Position numbers and translations under genes: made by a program
NCBI GenBank assembly: GCA_013265495.1
Contig: MU058059.1
Coordinates: 3,759,502-3,819,501 of the forward strand
Origin: Vicugna vicugna
Taxonomy: Eukaryota
Length of the DNA stretch: 60,000 nucleotides
Direction of reading: 5' to 3'
Notes under the pieces: model-generated
Database searches by the model: none
What the model saw: the letters and a program-made list of their open reading frames with translations, nothing else
What the model was told of the DNA's origin: nothing
In this document: positions 35,260 through 48,888 of the stretch, one piece after another
Layout of the letters: every line of letters begins with the position of its first letter
Position numbering within the stretch: the first letter of the stretch is position 1

Positions 35260-37200
35260 GGCTAAGCAATTTAACTTGAAAAAGTTCCGTAGGACAGAGA
35301 ATCCAGGCAAACGTAGGGAGTTGGAGAGAGAACCATAGATGGTCCAAGGGAAGCGGTCCTTGGGGCCCTCAGACAGGTGCCAGCCAGGTTGCCGTTCAAC
35401 ACGCCCGGCTGACCAACGCCAGCACTCACTGCTGCAAGAATCAGTGATTCGTTGGACCGTACAGCTTGGACTTTCTGGGATAGCCCTGATTTCGATCCTT
35501 CTTTCTCACTGCCGGATGCTTCCACCGTGGCTCTAAAAATAGGGATGATGTAAGTGTAGAGATTCTGGAAGCTTGAATCATCAGTCCAGACTTTGAAAAT
35601 GTCATTGTTCGAGGATACAAAATTCAGAAGTACAATTTCAGAAAATGGGTTTTTTTCCCCCCTCTCATTTCTCCTTTACCAGTGTATAAGAGAGAGGGAG
35701 CTAAGAGAGAAGAAGTGAATTAAAAACATTTTAGAAGATGCACCAGAGCATCTTAAATGCAGTGTTCATTTTCTCTCTCCAGCTCCTGTGGAGTCCAGTG
35801 GCCAGGCAGGGGCCCTGCCTGCAGCCAGGACTGTACGGGGCTGAGCAATCTGCTTTCCAGTGGCCATGGGGCAGCGCCTGGGGCCAGGGATCTCCTTCCC
35901 GTGGTAGATGAGGGTGTTTCTGACCTCACTGACCTGCAGAATGGGAAGTGATATTAAACTTTGCAAAACTCCGCCCAGAAAGTTCCTATAATGTGGGAAG
36001 TGTGGCTCCTCCACTCTGATCCCTGTGGGCTGAAGTGCTTGGAAGCACTTCTCTGTCCCACCAAGACTTCATTTGCAGAAGGGAAATGAATCCCGACCCT
36101 AGAGGGCTTTCCCAGCATTGCTGATGCCTGCCTTCTGGGAGCTCTTGTCTTGACGAAATGGAGGGAACGCTTTGGACAACTTGCCATGAAGGTGGATTTG
36201 GACAAGAAGTGCAGCCAGTCCGTGTGAGTTTCAGGCCAGGACTGGCGGTCCATCTTCTGGCTCCATCTCTTCAAGGGACTTGCTCAGGAAAGCCGGTCTC
36301 CTCCCCAGCAGTCAGGCCTCCTGTGGGAGTGTGCCTGACTGTGTGGGCTGGCCCGCCCTCTGGAAGGATTTGGTGGCCTCTTGAACAGGCAGAATCCTTC
36401 ATGTTCACCGTGTCCTTTAGGCAGAACTGCGTGACTTCACATCTCTCTCCTCACTCAGCATCCCTCTGCTTCCCCAAAGGCTCCTCGCCACGGACAGCAG
36501 TGTCTTCCTCACCAGTGGAGCCAGTCTGAAATCCGGGCAGACTGGGCAAGGAAGGAGGGGCTAGAGAAGGAGAAGCTAGAGAATTTTTGCTTCTTCCCCC
36601 TGGTCCTTCTGCAATCTATTGCTACCAGCACCAGCTACCACCGAACAGCTTCCTGACTCCTGGAAAACCTCTGAGGATTTTCCTGTCCCCCCGCCCCCCA
36701 GAAGGTCCAGTCCCAGTTTAAGAAATCCTGGAGGGATTGGTGGAACTCTCCCAGGTCTGCGGGACAAAGTAGGCAGGACCCACGTGAAATTTCTTCTCGC
36801 AGGAAAGCTTTGTGACAGCCTCTTTGGGAAGAGTCTTTGAGGAAAGCGCCTTTTCCTAGAAGGCCCGTTCTGGACAAAGCCACACAAAGGCGTACCTCAG
36901 GCCATAGGCCAAATCCTTCGTCAGGCAGCGATGTACAGTGGGAGCCTTTCAAGAGCACTCGATGAAAGCCACTGCTGTCCTCCCTGCAGGCTGTAGTCCA
37001 AGCAGGTGGAATCTAGTGTATTCCACACGGTGTGAGTGAGTCGGCAGTGAAGGCAGTTCCTCAGAGAACCTGCTGCAAGTACCTTAGATGATAACGGACT
37101 GTTTCTTCATACTAACATTTTATTGTTAAGGGGTCACTGCCAGCTGGCTGGGCTTCCTGCTTGAATGAGCACATGCTGTCATTCTGATTTCAAATGCTGC

Positions 37201-37245
37201 TTTTCTCTCTCTCTCTCTTTCTCTCTCTTTTTTTTTTTTTTTTTT
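37201..37245. repeat. (CT)n-poly(T) polypyrimidine tract
   Basis: 45 nt of pyrimidines, directly visible. Confidence 0.9.
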
Positions 37246-38396
37246 GAGAAAGCTCAGGCAGACATGCTCTCAACCAGTCACAGACCAGTCCTGGGTGGTG
37301 CTTAGCAGGTGGCGTTCGTAAGTGGAAACGCTGGGCTCAGTGCCCAAGATCATACCAGAGGAGGGAAAAAAATGAAAACAGTTGTACCTTCCATGAAAAT
37401 GTTCTCTCACACTCAGGATGCAGATAAAACTTAACTGAACTAAAATTTCAAATTAGACTTTTGAACTTTCCTAGATGGAAAAGACAAATGTCACATGAGA
37501 TCATTCATTATTTGATTTTTTTTCCCCTGATGGTTCCTTATTTATGGGAAGGTGGTCTGTATGGTTTAGCTTGTGCCTGGGTAGTATAAATTTCTCAGTA
37601 GGGTTTCTTGCAGTGTTGGCTGGGGGACACAGTTGACCATTTAGAGGGCCAGCTGGTCTAAATTCTAAACTCTGAAGCATAGTATCTAGAGGCCCACAAA
37701 GGTTCTGAGATTTCTAGGGTTTGGATCTGTGGGTGTGGAGGCTGCTGAAGACCAGCATCCATCCATCCAAGTATTTGTTTATCAGAAGAGGGTTTTGAGG
37801 GATGTCTTTGAACTGGTGGTAGAAAAATATGTTCCACGGGAAGTTAAAAGTGACTCTCTTCCTGACAGTAAACAGCAGGACACGTTCATGAAAGGGATGG
37901 ACTTCAAGGGATCAGGACAAAGATTCCCCAGCCAGCACAGCAGCTCGGCATATGGCTCACATGTTGAGCATTGAGACAAAAGCTGGCTTGAAGCTGAAAC
38001 AGGCTTGTGATGTAGAAGCTGCTTGAGCATCAAAGAGTGTGACCCACGTGGGTCTCCCGTGGAGCCACCATATGATTGTGAAGAAGGAGGCGGAAAGGAA
38101 CCAAGATGAGGTTATTCTCTCATCTTCAGCTGCTGCCTGAAAGATGGAGGACACACATGATCAGACGTTTGGCGGCTAGTGAAAGGGCTTACTACCAACT
38201 TCTTTGTCATGCTGACATACACTGTTTCATGTTAATTAAGTAATACCTGTGGCAAGATTGTATAAGAAATGGTGGGCAGAGAAATACTACCTGATTCAAT
38301 TTAGTGTTTAATACAAGTAAATAGGTAGAGAACAAGGTAGATTATTCATACCATAGTGAATCATATAGCCTTTCACGTCTCCAGGATTTGGCATGA

Positions 38397-38470
38397 AATT
38401 CATTCATTCAGTCAGCAAATATTTACTTCCAGCAGGGAAACTTTTCTCTGTGCTGTGTGGGGTACCTCAT
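38397..38470 (-). mobile_element. LINE-2 3' end fragment
   Basis: ATTCATTCATTCAGTCAGCAAATATTTA. Confidence 0.55.
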
Positions 38471-39659
38471 GCTACACCAGCAAGGCTGGTGCCAGGTGGA
38501 GAATGGCCAGTGGTTTCAGTGACCACTCTGGAGCCTGGAAAGAAACATCAACTGGTGCCAGAGCGAAGCAGCCAGCCGGACGCAAGCCCCCCGTCCCTAG
38601 GGTTCTCTAGGCGCCCCTGCTCACATGCAGCTGCCCCAGCCGCTGTAGCCCACGGCACTGCAGAGCCAGCGGTCCAAGGGAGTGAAAGCTCTGTGTTCCT
38701 CCCGTGGGGTCCCAGACGGCTGCTCCTGCTCAGCCACTCGCTCTTCTCCGAGCAGCAGTTCACCCCCGGCTCTTCCCCTCGGCTGGTGCTGTCATTTCAC
38801 TGCCTGGCTTTCCAGTCCTCTGGGCTCATCTGCTGATGAAGAGGATAAGCCCAGATGGAGAAGAGCTTGGAGAGGAAGGTGAGCAGAAAGTCTTTAAGGG
38901 TCAGGCCTGCCGCCACACGCCCGTCCTCTCACTTGCCACTGGTCAGAACTCAGTTGACCCAATCTCCAGGCTGCAGGAGATGCTGGGAGGTCTAGCTGTG
39001 GGCCGACAAGGAAGTGGGATGCACAGTCCATTTCTGGAAAGCTTACAGGGCGCCAGGTGCGGTGCCAAGGGTGGTGGGTTTGATTGGCATCCACGGTGTG
39101 CAGAGAGCATCAGATAGCTGTCTGGGTCACAGGTATGGAGGTCAGGGGCCCTCTGTACCCCGCACTCTGACCACAGCCTCGTCAGAGACTAGGTGGGAGC
39201 TCCGGGGCACAGCCTCTGCAGTGAGCATCTGGGGGACGAGGAGCGCTGTGGGGCCTTAGGTAAGGTTCTTCTCAAATTGTACAGATAGGTTAAATGAACA
39301 GAAAAGTCTCTCTGAAGACCCCCCCCCAAAGTCCCGTCACAGCCCTCTCTAATGACATCTTCATCTAGAACCCGATTGGGCATTTCTTCCTTTATCTCCT
39401 GCCTCGTGTAGACGCATAAATTTCAGTTTCCTCTTCACTGACGACGGAGAACAGCTGCTGCCTTTTCAACATACTGGCGTGATGGAAGATTGACGTTTAT
39501 GAAGTTTCGCCTTTTTCCCCTGCTCCATCTGCCTCATCTCTCCTCTAGGGCCCCAGTCCGGAGCTGACAGCACTTCCCAGACGGTCTCAGTCCACTTTCC
39601 ATCCTGCCAGGGGACCGATGGTTGGACACAGAGTGAGCCCGAGGGCCCAGAGCCGCCCC

Positions 39660-39775
39660 TGCCTCTGTGACCTTGCACGCGTGCCTGCGTCTTCTGAGCT
39701 TGAGTGTCCTCTGAAAGAGATGGAGTAGGATAATTCATCTCTAAATTTCTTCAACACTTAAGCTTCTTATGAATC
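39660..39775 (+). mobile_element. MIR fragment
   Basis: TGTGACCTTG...TCTGAGCTTGAGTGTCCTCTGAAAGAGATGGAGTAGGATAATT. Confidence 0.5.
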
Positions 39776-39963
39776 CTAATAGTTTTGTTCTTTTTTTAAA
39801 ATTCTGGATTTCGAGCACACCAACCCCCAAAGAAAACAAATCTTTGTTACAGTTCTGAAGGGGCGTTAATCACTAGGTTTTGTATTTTCTGTACACCAGA
39901 ATCTTGACTCTAATAATCAAGTGAGACTCATCCAGCTTAGATATCCATCCCGGATCCCCCAGA

Positions 39964-40016
39964 GTGTGTGTGTGTGTGTGTGTGCATGCGTGCGTGCGTG
40001 CGTGTGTACATGTGTA
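39964..40016. repeat. Compound (TG)n(TGCG)n microsatellite, 53-bp perfect purine/pyrimidine alternation
   Basis: Directly visible. Confidence 0.95.
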
Positions 40017-40039
40017 ACTCAGGACCTTTCTCTTTTTCA

Positions 40040-41110
40040 GTTTTTTTTTTTTGGAAAGGGAAATGTAGTTACATGATTCAAAAGTATAACAAGTATAATA
40101 AAGCATAAAAAGGTACGGGCTGAGCAGCCTGCCTCCCACCCTCTTCTGTCTCCTCATCATCCCGCCCTGAAAGTAACCACTTCTGCTTGCTTCATATTCT
40201 GGTGTTCTGGTGTTTCTTGATATAAATATGAAGAAATACGTTCTTGCCCTCCCCTAGTTCTTATTATAGCATCTGCACCTTCCCTTTTTTAAAATTTAGT
40301 TTTATTTTTGTATTGAGATAGAATTGACATATATTCGTTTCAGGTGTGCAACATAATGATTTGATATTTATGTACATTGTGAAATGAATACACAGTGTCT
40401 AGTTAATATCTGTCACCTCACACAAAGTTACAAATTTTTCCTTGCAATGTGATCTTTTAAGGTCTACTCTTAGCAGCTTTCGAACGTGCAGTACAGTCAG
40501 TGATAGCACCGTGCATGCACAGCACTGAAGGTCGTCACCGTCTGCACGTTACCTCCCGGGACTACTGTCTTGTAACTGGACGTTTGTACCTTTTGACCCC
40601 TTTGGCTGTATACCCACCCCGCCCCCACCCCTTTCCTTTCTTACTTCAGTCTCTGACTTCTTCCACACCTCTCTTTAGCCTGTGTCCCCATTGTTTTTCA
40701 CAGCTGCGTAGTATTCCACTGTGTAGAGCCTCATAATTTATTTACTTCATCTCCTGCAGATGGACAGTTGGGGTGTCTCCAGTCCCTTGTCATTGCAAAC
40801 AAGGCTGCAGTGAGTAACTCTATGAACATGTCACTTTGAACGTGTGCAGGTCTCTCTGTGGCGTGAATTCCCAGAAGTGGGATTGCTGGGTCAGAGAATA
40901 TGTGCACTGGAAACTGCACTGGATGTTCCCATGCTGCCCTGCATGGGGTCATGTCACCCACACGTGTCCCCCCTCAGTAGACCAATGGCCTGGTTTTCCA
41001 CGACCTCCCATGGAGTGGCTGTCAAATCTTTAGACATTTGCCAGCCTGATAAGTGAGGAATGGTTATTTGGGACAGTTTGGATTTTATTTTCCTGCATTA
41101 GGAATGATGA
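40040..41110 (-). mobile_element. Ancient L1ME-like 3' fragment, interrupted by a younger L1
   Basis: Minus-strand peptide DPAIPLLGIH...MFIELLTAALFAMTRDWRHPNCPS (40731-40961). 3' UTR-like remnant at 40040-40280. Confidence 0.75.
40285..40635 (-). mobile_element. L1MA9-like 3' UTR nested in the L1ME fragment
   Basis: Reverse complement of the 34970-35259 UTR, e.g. CTTTTAAGGTCTACTCTTAGCAGCTTTC and GTAACTGGACGTTTGTACCTTTTGACCCC. Confidence 0.85.
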
Positions 41111-42082
41111 GCTCAGGGCCCTTCAAAGGCAGCAGAAGGATGTGTCAGGAGTAATGGAGTCACACCCTGGTAGGAGCTATATTTGCTTCTCTGCTTCCTC
41201 TGTAAATGAGTTCTCAGCCTGGCTACACACTGCTGTCCCCTGGGGAGCTTAACATGCCAGGGCCTGGGTCTCATCCCAGAACGTGAAGGCAGAGCCCTGG
41301 GAATTCAGCTGAAGTTCTCTGTGTTGCGGATCTGTGTGTCTTTGTCCAGGAGTGCCCTCTGTGGCACCTGGGACCAGCTCTGTCTTCTCCTTTTCCTTAG
41401 CCATATGGGGACCTTCTAGGACTTTTTTTTTTGATAGCAAACGTTGCTTCCTGATGAGGAAGGAAGCTGCAGACAGACTCTCTGCTGTGTGATGGCTCAC
41501 GACAAGCCCCACATAGCTTCACGAAGCCCCGGCCTTGGAGGTGGGCTGTTCCTCCCTCCTGCCCCGTGCCTGCGGGCTCTGCAGACCCTTCCAGCAACAG
41601 GGATGGAAGGCCGGCTCACATTCACGGCTATGCTTTTGCCCTCCTGGGATGTATCTGGCTTTGCTCCAGTAGACCTGCTCTGGGTTTTCAGAGACTAAAG
41701 TATATTCCAACTGCAAATCATTTCTATTGATAGCATGGATATATTAATATAAATGAACAGGTGTTTTGATATATCATAGAAATAAAATTGTGAAACTTTC
41801 TGCTGCACCGATTTCAAAAGTATCTCCTATAAATGACAATGTAACCTAGGAATTTGGCAAAGTGATGAAATCTTGGCTACGTCTCTGCTACATCTTTCAA
41901 AGTTTGCTGGTTGGAGTGGCTAAGGTTCTGTCCTTTGAATGCCATGGAACCGTCCAGACGGGGTTGCATGGTGCATAGGCTGCAAAGGATACCCTTCTCC
42001 CCGGCCCTGTAGAAGGAGCAGTTCGCTCCTTCCTCCTTCCAGCAGGGGAAGTGATGGGTCTGCGTGAAGGAGGTTCTCCTCA

Positions 42083-42116
42083 GGGTGGGGGGGGGGAGGG
42101 GGGGGGGGTGGGGGGG
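42083..42116 (+). repeat. Poly-G tract G3-T-G10-A-G11-T-G7 (G-quadruplex motif)
   Basis: Directly visible. Confidence 0.9.
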
Positions 42117-44163
42117 TTGTGCCTTCAGGGTGAGAGGAGCTGCTCTTGGGGTCAGAGGGGTCCCCTCACAGGTCCCCTCAGTCGGTTGCACAAGAGCCAG
42201 GAAGAGTATGGAGTTTCCAGACAGCGCTTCCTAACTGCATGGGCCCTGAGTCCTTCCAACTGCAGCCACTGGGAGGAAGAGTTCTTTGATGGCGAGGACC
42301 GGTGCTCACCTGTGTGCCCGGTGACTCCCTCTGGAGGGCACGTGCTGAGGTAAAGCAGAGACAGTGCATTTATCAGTGCACTCTGGAGAGCAGATGAGAA
42401 CTAGGTTGGCCAACAACCGATCGTTTTCCGTTCTTTTTCTAATGTATTAATGACGTGAAAACTTTGTTTCTGACCCCTTCCATGGCTTGGAAAAGTGGCA
42501 TGAAGAGTTTGAAAATGAGCAGAACTCTGAGTTGCACTGTCTTCAAAGTCATAGACTCCTGCGAGAGCAGTGACAGCCTCACCTCCTCTCCTGGTTCTCA
42601 CTCACAAAGATCTGTCCCTCCCTCACCGATGGCACTAAGGAGTCAGATAAATGTGGGGAACTCAGCCTGGGAGCAGGGTTCTTCTGGCCTTCAGGCCAGT
42701 TTCCTTTCAACCAAAGACACCACGAATGAGTCCCGCCCATTTCAGCTGGCTGCACTGCGCATTTAGATGTGTCTTAACGAACAGGGAGTACGTGAAGTTG
42801 TATCTGAGAGTCACGCCAAAAAAAAGAGGAAAGACTCTTTAAAGCAGCATTTTTGAAGCAATGAAGCACAGTTTACTTCCTGTCACGAAAGTCCCCAAAA
42901 ACAAGCCGTCTGAGAAATCATCAGTGCGCCTCCCCACACAGATAGACTCCTGTTCTCTGTGAGGTTTGGGAAAGAAAACGCCAGACAAGTAGTTGTTCAG
43001 CATCATGAATTCGAAACCCTTGCACTGAGTGGATTTCCAGTGTCTTCCCCAGTTGTCTGGGCGCCCGCAGTGCCCAGACCAGACGCTTGCCTGGTTTTCT
43101 TTGGGTAGCACCTGGAAAAATCAAGGTTTCTTTTCTCTTTCTGGCCTCTTCCTGACCTCTCTTCTCCCCACTGCTCCTTATCCCATGGCAAACCTGTCAT
43201 TCCGGGTGATTACTTAGTGGTACCAGGCACTGACACTGCGCCCTCCCCCAGCGCGTCTCCCCTTCTCCATGCCTGTGAGACACAGGCAGGCGGCATTTCT
43301 CAGGAAAGAGGGAAAATTAGAATCCAGAGAAATACGCTGCATGGTGACCCGGCTTTCGGAAGGTGCCAGAGCCCCTTCCCGCCTCCAGGGTTTCCCTTTC
43401 CTGGTCCCCGGGGAAAAGTGCAATTTTTCTGCATCTCATTCCAGACTCATGAAGGTTCTCATTATCTTTCCAACATGGAACCTCAGCATTCAAAATTACT
43501 CGTTTCAGGAGGAAAATGAAAAGAGAGAGAAGCCTCCGTCAACTGAAATAATTAGAGGAACAGAATCCCAAACTGCGCCGTCTGGCCCTCCCCTTGAGGG
43601 CGAGGTTGGGCCCTGGGGTGGGGGTTGCACTCAGAACTCCCCCTGGTTCTGGGCAGGCCCTGCCTGCCCCCGACTGCACCGGCTGCCCGGGGGAGAGCCC
43701 TCTTTCCTCAGCAGTCCTGATGGGAAAGGCTCAGAAACGTCTGCTGGAAGCTGCCGATGCCGGCGCTTTTCAGCTTCGCCTGTCTCCCATCTCCTCAGGA
43801 GCGAGCCCCAGTGGTCATGCACTTGGTACTTGGCCCTGAAGTCTCAGCCGGGTCCCACTCCAGGACTGCAAGCTGCTGTCGGCCAAAGATGTTTGTCCAG
43901 CGTTTCCATTAACCTGAATTTCACAGAACCAGCGTGCCAATAGGTTTACAGATGAAATGTCTTTGTAGAGATAGTTGTCCTTACAAGTGGGAGAATGCTG
44001 GCCCTACACCCAGCCCAGCAGAACCCCCGCCAGGCCCGTGTAGAGGCCAAGCACAGTGAGTTCAATATGGCCTAGTGGCCAAACAGGTGTTATTTGGTCC
44101 AGAATGATCACAGTCCTTGCTGTTTGTCTCATTGGTGTGCACCTGACCTCATTTACCTTACTC

Positions 44164-44820
44164 TTTTTTTTTTTAATGGAAGTGTAGTTGATTTACAATG
44201 TGTTAATTTCCAGGGTACAGCACAGTAATTCAGTTATATATACATGTATGTTCCTTTTTATGCTCTTTTTCATTATGGGTTAATATAAGATATTGAACAT
44301 AGTTCTCTGTCCTGTACAGTAAGACCTTGTTGTTTATCTATTTTATATATAGTAGTTAGTATCTGCAGATCCCAAACTCCCAATGTATCCCTCCCCATCC
44401 CTTGTCCCCCTCAGTAACCATAAGTTTGTTTTCTATGTCTGTGAATCTGCATCTGTTTTGTAAAAGTTCATTTGTGACCTTTTTTAAAAGATTCCGCATA
44501 TGAGTGATATCACATGGTATTTTTTTTTCTCTTTCTGACTTACTTCACTTAGAATGACGATTTCCAGGTCCATCCATGTTACTGTAAATGGCATTATTAT
44601 TTTTATGGCTGAGTCGTATTCCCTTGTATAAATATACCACAGCTTCCTTATGCATTCATCTGTCCACGGACATTTAAGTTGCTTCCATGTGTTGGCTATT
44701 GTAAACAGTGCTGCTGTGAACATTGGGGTGCAGATGTCATTTTGAATTAGCGTTTCCTCCAGATAAATGCCCAGGAGTGGATTGCTGGACGATAGGGTAA
44801 GTCTAGTTTTAGTTTTTTTT
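44164..44820 (-). mobile_element. L1 3' end (artiodactyl-type), ORF2 C-terminus plus 3' UTR and polyA
   Basis: T-run at 44164-44174. Minus-strand peptide PLLGIYLEETLIQNDICTPMFTAALFTIANTWKQLKCPWTDE...EKKKYHVISLICGIF closely parallels the young L1 C-terminus. Confidence 0.95.
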
Positions 44821-47800
44821 TTAATTCTCTTTGGAAGCCTCTTTCCTGAGGGATCCGTCAGTGAGAAAGAAAAGCTGGCTTCAGGTACAGGAACTGCAGG
44901 AGGTAAGCGGCCCTCTGGTCTCCCTGGTGATGCTCCAGGCAGGCGGGAAGCCCTAAGGACTGAGCCTGCACAGGACAGGGCCCTGGGACACTGGAGGCTG
45001 GAAAATAGGAGCAGGGCTGAGACCTCCCAGGGAGGCCAGCCCCCTAGGGCCCCACCACAGGGATGCACAGACAGTGAGGACAGGAGGCCCCCATGACATT
45101 TTGGTTGGAGACCAGAATTTGGATTTATATCACTGCCGTGAAAGGAGCTGAAGTTTTCATTTACGAAGTAAAATTCAGACCCAACTGCCTGCTCCGGGCT
45201 GGCCGAGGACGTGATGTCTGTCAGGACAGAGCTGGGGGTGCAGGTCCTTCTCATACTGGCCCTGGGTTCTCGGCCTGCAGCTCAGGAGGCACGTGCGGGT
45301 AGTGAGGGCGCCGAGAGCGTGGGGACGCCCAGAAGGCGCGGCTAGAACAGAAGACAGTGCACGGCTCTCCAGCAGTGAGGCTGAGTGTTCGCGGGGCTTG
45401 TGTTCCAGGTTGTGGGGGGCAGGGTACTGCCGGTCCCGGGTCGTGATGTAAAAGGGAGTTCTTGCTAGGGCTCAAGGTCAGACAGGATGGGAATGTCACT
45501 GGGTTGGCTGTGGGCTCCCCACTGGAGATGGCTGGAATGGTCTTTAATCGCATGCAAATCTCGAGTGCCGGGTTTTAAAATATCAACAGACGTGCGCTGG
45601 TCTTGTACCACATCCCTCTGTACCCACCTTGAGCAAAAACGGAGAGAAGGCTCTGATGCTCAGAGCTCTGCTGTCCACGAAGATAGGAGCGGCTGACGGT
45701 TCTGAGCAGGGACATGGGCCAGGGTCCCAGAGCCGCGCCTGGGGGAAGCCGCCTTCTGTGGGGAGTGGGGAGGGCTCCTCCTTTGTTTTCTCAAGGACAG
45801 GACTATTTCTGGTTGTCAGTCACCTGCTCTCCGACCTGTCCTTGAGCACATTACTCCAAATGCTGGAATGCCCAAACTTTTTTCAAACTCTTTCAGACTT
45901 CCACTTTTTATTCACTGTGAGCATTTTTTTTCAACAAAATGCTGGAATAAAATCGCCTCGGTTCCAGGCATCAAGATAAGCAGTCCTCCATCCCGGACTC
46001 AAACAAGTCAATCTGCACAGCACGAAAGTAGCTTCGTGCGTGGAACCCTGGATGGGAGGCAGTGGTGGGCCCAGCCCCCACCTCAGCACCCTCCCTGTGT
46101 GTCCTCCCTGGTTGGTCATTGTCCCTCCTGGGACTCCTTGTCCAAGCCACAGACTGAAGGGGTGGGTCTACTCCAGACCATCTGAAGTTGCACCCCCCCA
46201 GCTCTGGTCAGGGGAACTCCTCTCTCTGTGGCCAGGGGCGGCAGGCCCCGTCTACTCTTTTCTCTCTTGCATTTCTCCTTGAGTGTGCTTGAAAACACAG
46301 GCTTACTTCTGTCCTGGGAGCAAGATAAACTTCTGACGGCTGATATTAATATACACCTAATTGGTACACATCGAGGCCATATGTACTGCTTTGAGGGTTG
46401 AATAAATGCCAGGATTGATTTAACTGGGTTATTTGGAATGGGGGAGGTTGTCTGTATTTACCAGTTATTTAGTATTGATAGAATAACTTTTCTCCCCAAA
46501 ACGTAAACCATTTTTTCAACCAGCACTTCCATTGCCTCTAATTCACTTAGTCCCATTCAATGTAGACACACCCCAAGGCTCTTGAGTCTAAGATATGAAA
46601 AGATGAGAACTTAGTAAATGTCACAGAATGGCACTGAATGGGGGGCTGGTGACCCCCGCACCCCTGTTTGTCTCTGACCTGGGTGCTGGGAGATGTGTGT
46701 TGAGTGAATATTACAGTTTTCCTATCCATCTGAAAGGACCGGTGGTGCTGACGGAACCTGCCCAACTTCCCCTTATGACCCGACTAATGAGGCCTGTTGT
46801 GCATGAACATATCTGAATCCATTTTGAATCTATTTACAGTTTCCTTTGCCCCGTGTGTTCACAGCCTATTGTAATGAACGGTGCTTCCTTCTGCTTTTCA
46901 CCAGGACGACCTCCCTCAAACTCTGCAGGGTCTCTGTCCTTTAGCTTGGAGTTCCTGGAGCACACAGAGCAGGGCCCTTCCCTGAAACCTCCACCCTGCT
47001 GTCTCAGAGCCGCTGCGTTCCAGGCAGAAGCATCCATCCCCGAAGCGGAAGCCACCCCCTCCGTGGGACCAGGGACATTTGCTCACGCGTCCCTCTCTGG
47101 GCTTTTTGTTAAACGTTCTCCTTGATCCTTATAGGCAGAATTATTCACAGCATTCTAGAGACAGGCCACAGTTCTGTTGAGATTCACTGTATCAGAAGAA
47201 TAACTTCCTGTGACCCAGAGTAATGTCCGGGTTATCAATAAAAAGTCATTCCGATTATACACAGACCAAAACACCCTGCAGCAGCTGGGGCATGCGTCTG
47301 TCCACATTAGCAGAGTAGCTCATGGAGGACGTGCCGTAAATCTACTCAAAGAGGGGTCCCTGCTTACAACAACCACACGTGCTAGCTGGAGGATTTATAT
47401 ATACACACACTCCAGAAAAAAAGTCGTGAGCAAGGCAGTAAATGTCTGCATAGTGGCATAATTGTGGAAGAGTGAGAAAACCAGGGTGTAACTTCATGAA
47501 ATTCAAAAAACTTTGAAAGAAATTCTCAGAAGTTTTGGAGAAGAAAATGTCATGAGCTTCATGAAGGGGGCAGGGTTTTAAGTAGATCTTAAAAGGTATA
47601 GGAGAATTTAAGTCAACGATAAGAAATCAGAGAAGGAATTTGTGAGGTGTTACCTGATCTTCCCTGCAACGCTTGGAGGTGGGAGTGATCAGTTCCTCTG
47701 GTCAAGGTGGGGAGACAAACTCGGAGAACCTGAAGGCCGCCTAAGGCCTGGTCTTTCTCTGGTCCTTTTGGCTGGTGTCCTAGGAGCCCGCTCTCCAAGG

Positions 47801-48712
47801 CCCTGGCGTCGGCCACAGACTTCAGTGTGAACCCTGTGCCCTGACCTGACTTCACGGTACTTCCTGAATGTTCCCGATCTTCCTGGCTTCTGACATCCTG
47901 AATTGCTTTCCCAGTTATGGTCTTGCTGCCCCTGTGACCTTGGCTTGGTTCTGTGCCCCAGTGTCACCCTCAGTATTCCTTCCCTGGCGTTATGGGAACT
48001 CCTCTTGTGGCTACCAGGTCAGGCTGCCCAGGCCCCACACATCCCAGCCCTGCTCCTTCCTTCCAGGAAGCGAGCTCAGAGCTGCTGGATTTCAGACCGT
48101 CTGTGCTCTCCTTCCCAATGCGCATCGCCTCCAAGGAGGATACCGGGGTTGCAGGCGGCAGGAGAAGCAGGTGGTGGGAGCCCCTTACGGCCCCAGCTCT
48201 AACCCTTAGGCTGTGTGTGCTGTTCCCCATTTCTCTTCACACCCGAGACCTGATGCAGATAAAAGTCGTCCAAAAGCAGTGGAAGAACTGTTTGTTTATT
48301 TTTCTAAATCAAATAAAATTGGATTATTTCCAACTCAGCAAACTTAGAGAAAAACTCAGTGTCAGAGATACAGGGCTTCCCTTTTCCCTCCTCTCCCCAC
48401 CTGCTCCTGCTTTGTTTTGGGATTGTATGTGAAACAGAGAGGACGCAGTGTCCAGCCCCTGCTCTGCTGTGGCCTTTACCCTAGCTCCCTGGTGCCCCTG
48501 GGGAGATTGGCTCTCACTCTTGCCAGGGCCAGCCAGGGGTCCCTTCTCAGCCCCTGTGGGAGACACTACGTACATAGTTTCTCATCTCAGCTTGTACAGC
48601 AGGGAGCCTGGGGTTAGGGACTGGTTCCAGCTGGTACGATGTGGCAGAAGGGATGTGGTCACCTGCCAGAGTGGCTGCAGAGGCCCCGTCCCGCCTTGTG
48701 ACCCTTAACCCC

Positions 48713-48888
48713 AGCTCCGTCCACCAGAATCCTCTGCCTGGAAGGACACCTTCCACATCTGCACTGACTACTGTGGTAGCCACTGGCCCCGTGGGCTGAG
48801 GACCTGAATTTTACATTTTATTTAATTGTAATTAGTTGAAACTTAAGTAGCCACACGTGGCTAGTGTCTGCCCCACAGGGCAGTATGG
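48713..48888. mobile_element. MER3-like hAT-Charlie MITE
   Basis: TGGTAGCCACTGGCCCCGTGG...CTGAGGACCTGAATTTTACATTTTATTTAATTGTAATTAGTT...TAGCCACACGTGGCTAGTG. Confidence 0.8.

Noticed and set aside
37201..37260. Poly-T followed by GAGA, reminiscent of an antisense Alu end
   Set aside because: The downstream sequence has no Alu body, and the genome appears to be non-primate.
42171..42356. Exon-like segment (CAG acceptors near 42171/42181, GAG|GTAAAG donor at ~42350)
   Set aside because: Weak pyrimidine tract, unrecognised peptide and no partner exons. It cannot be supported without RNA data.
44484..45254. 256-aa minus-strand ORF ending in the L1 ORF2 C-terminus
   Set aside because: Chance read-through from GC-rich flank into an L1 fragment, with no recognisable N-terminal domain.
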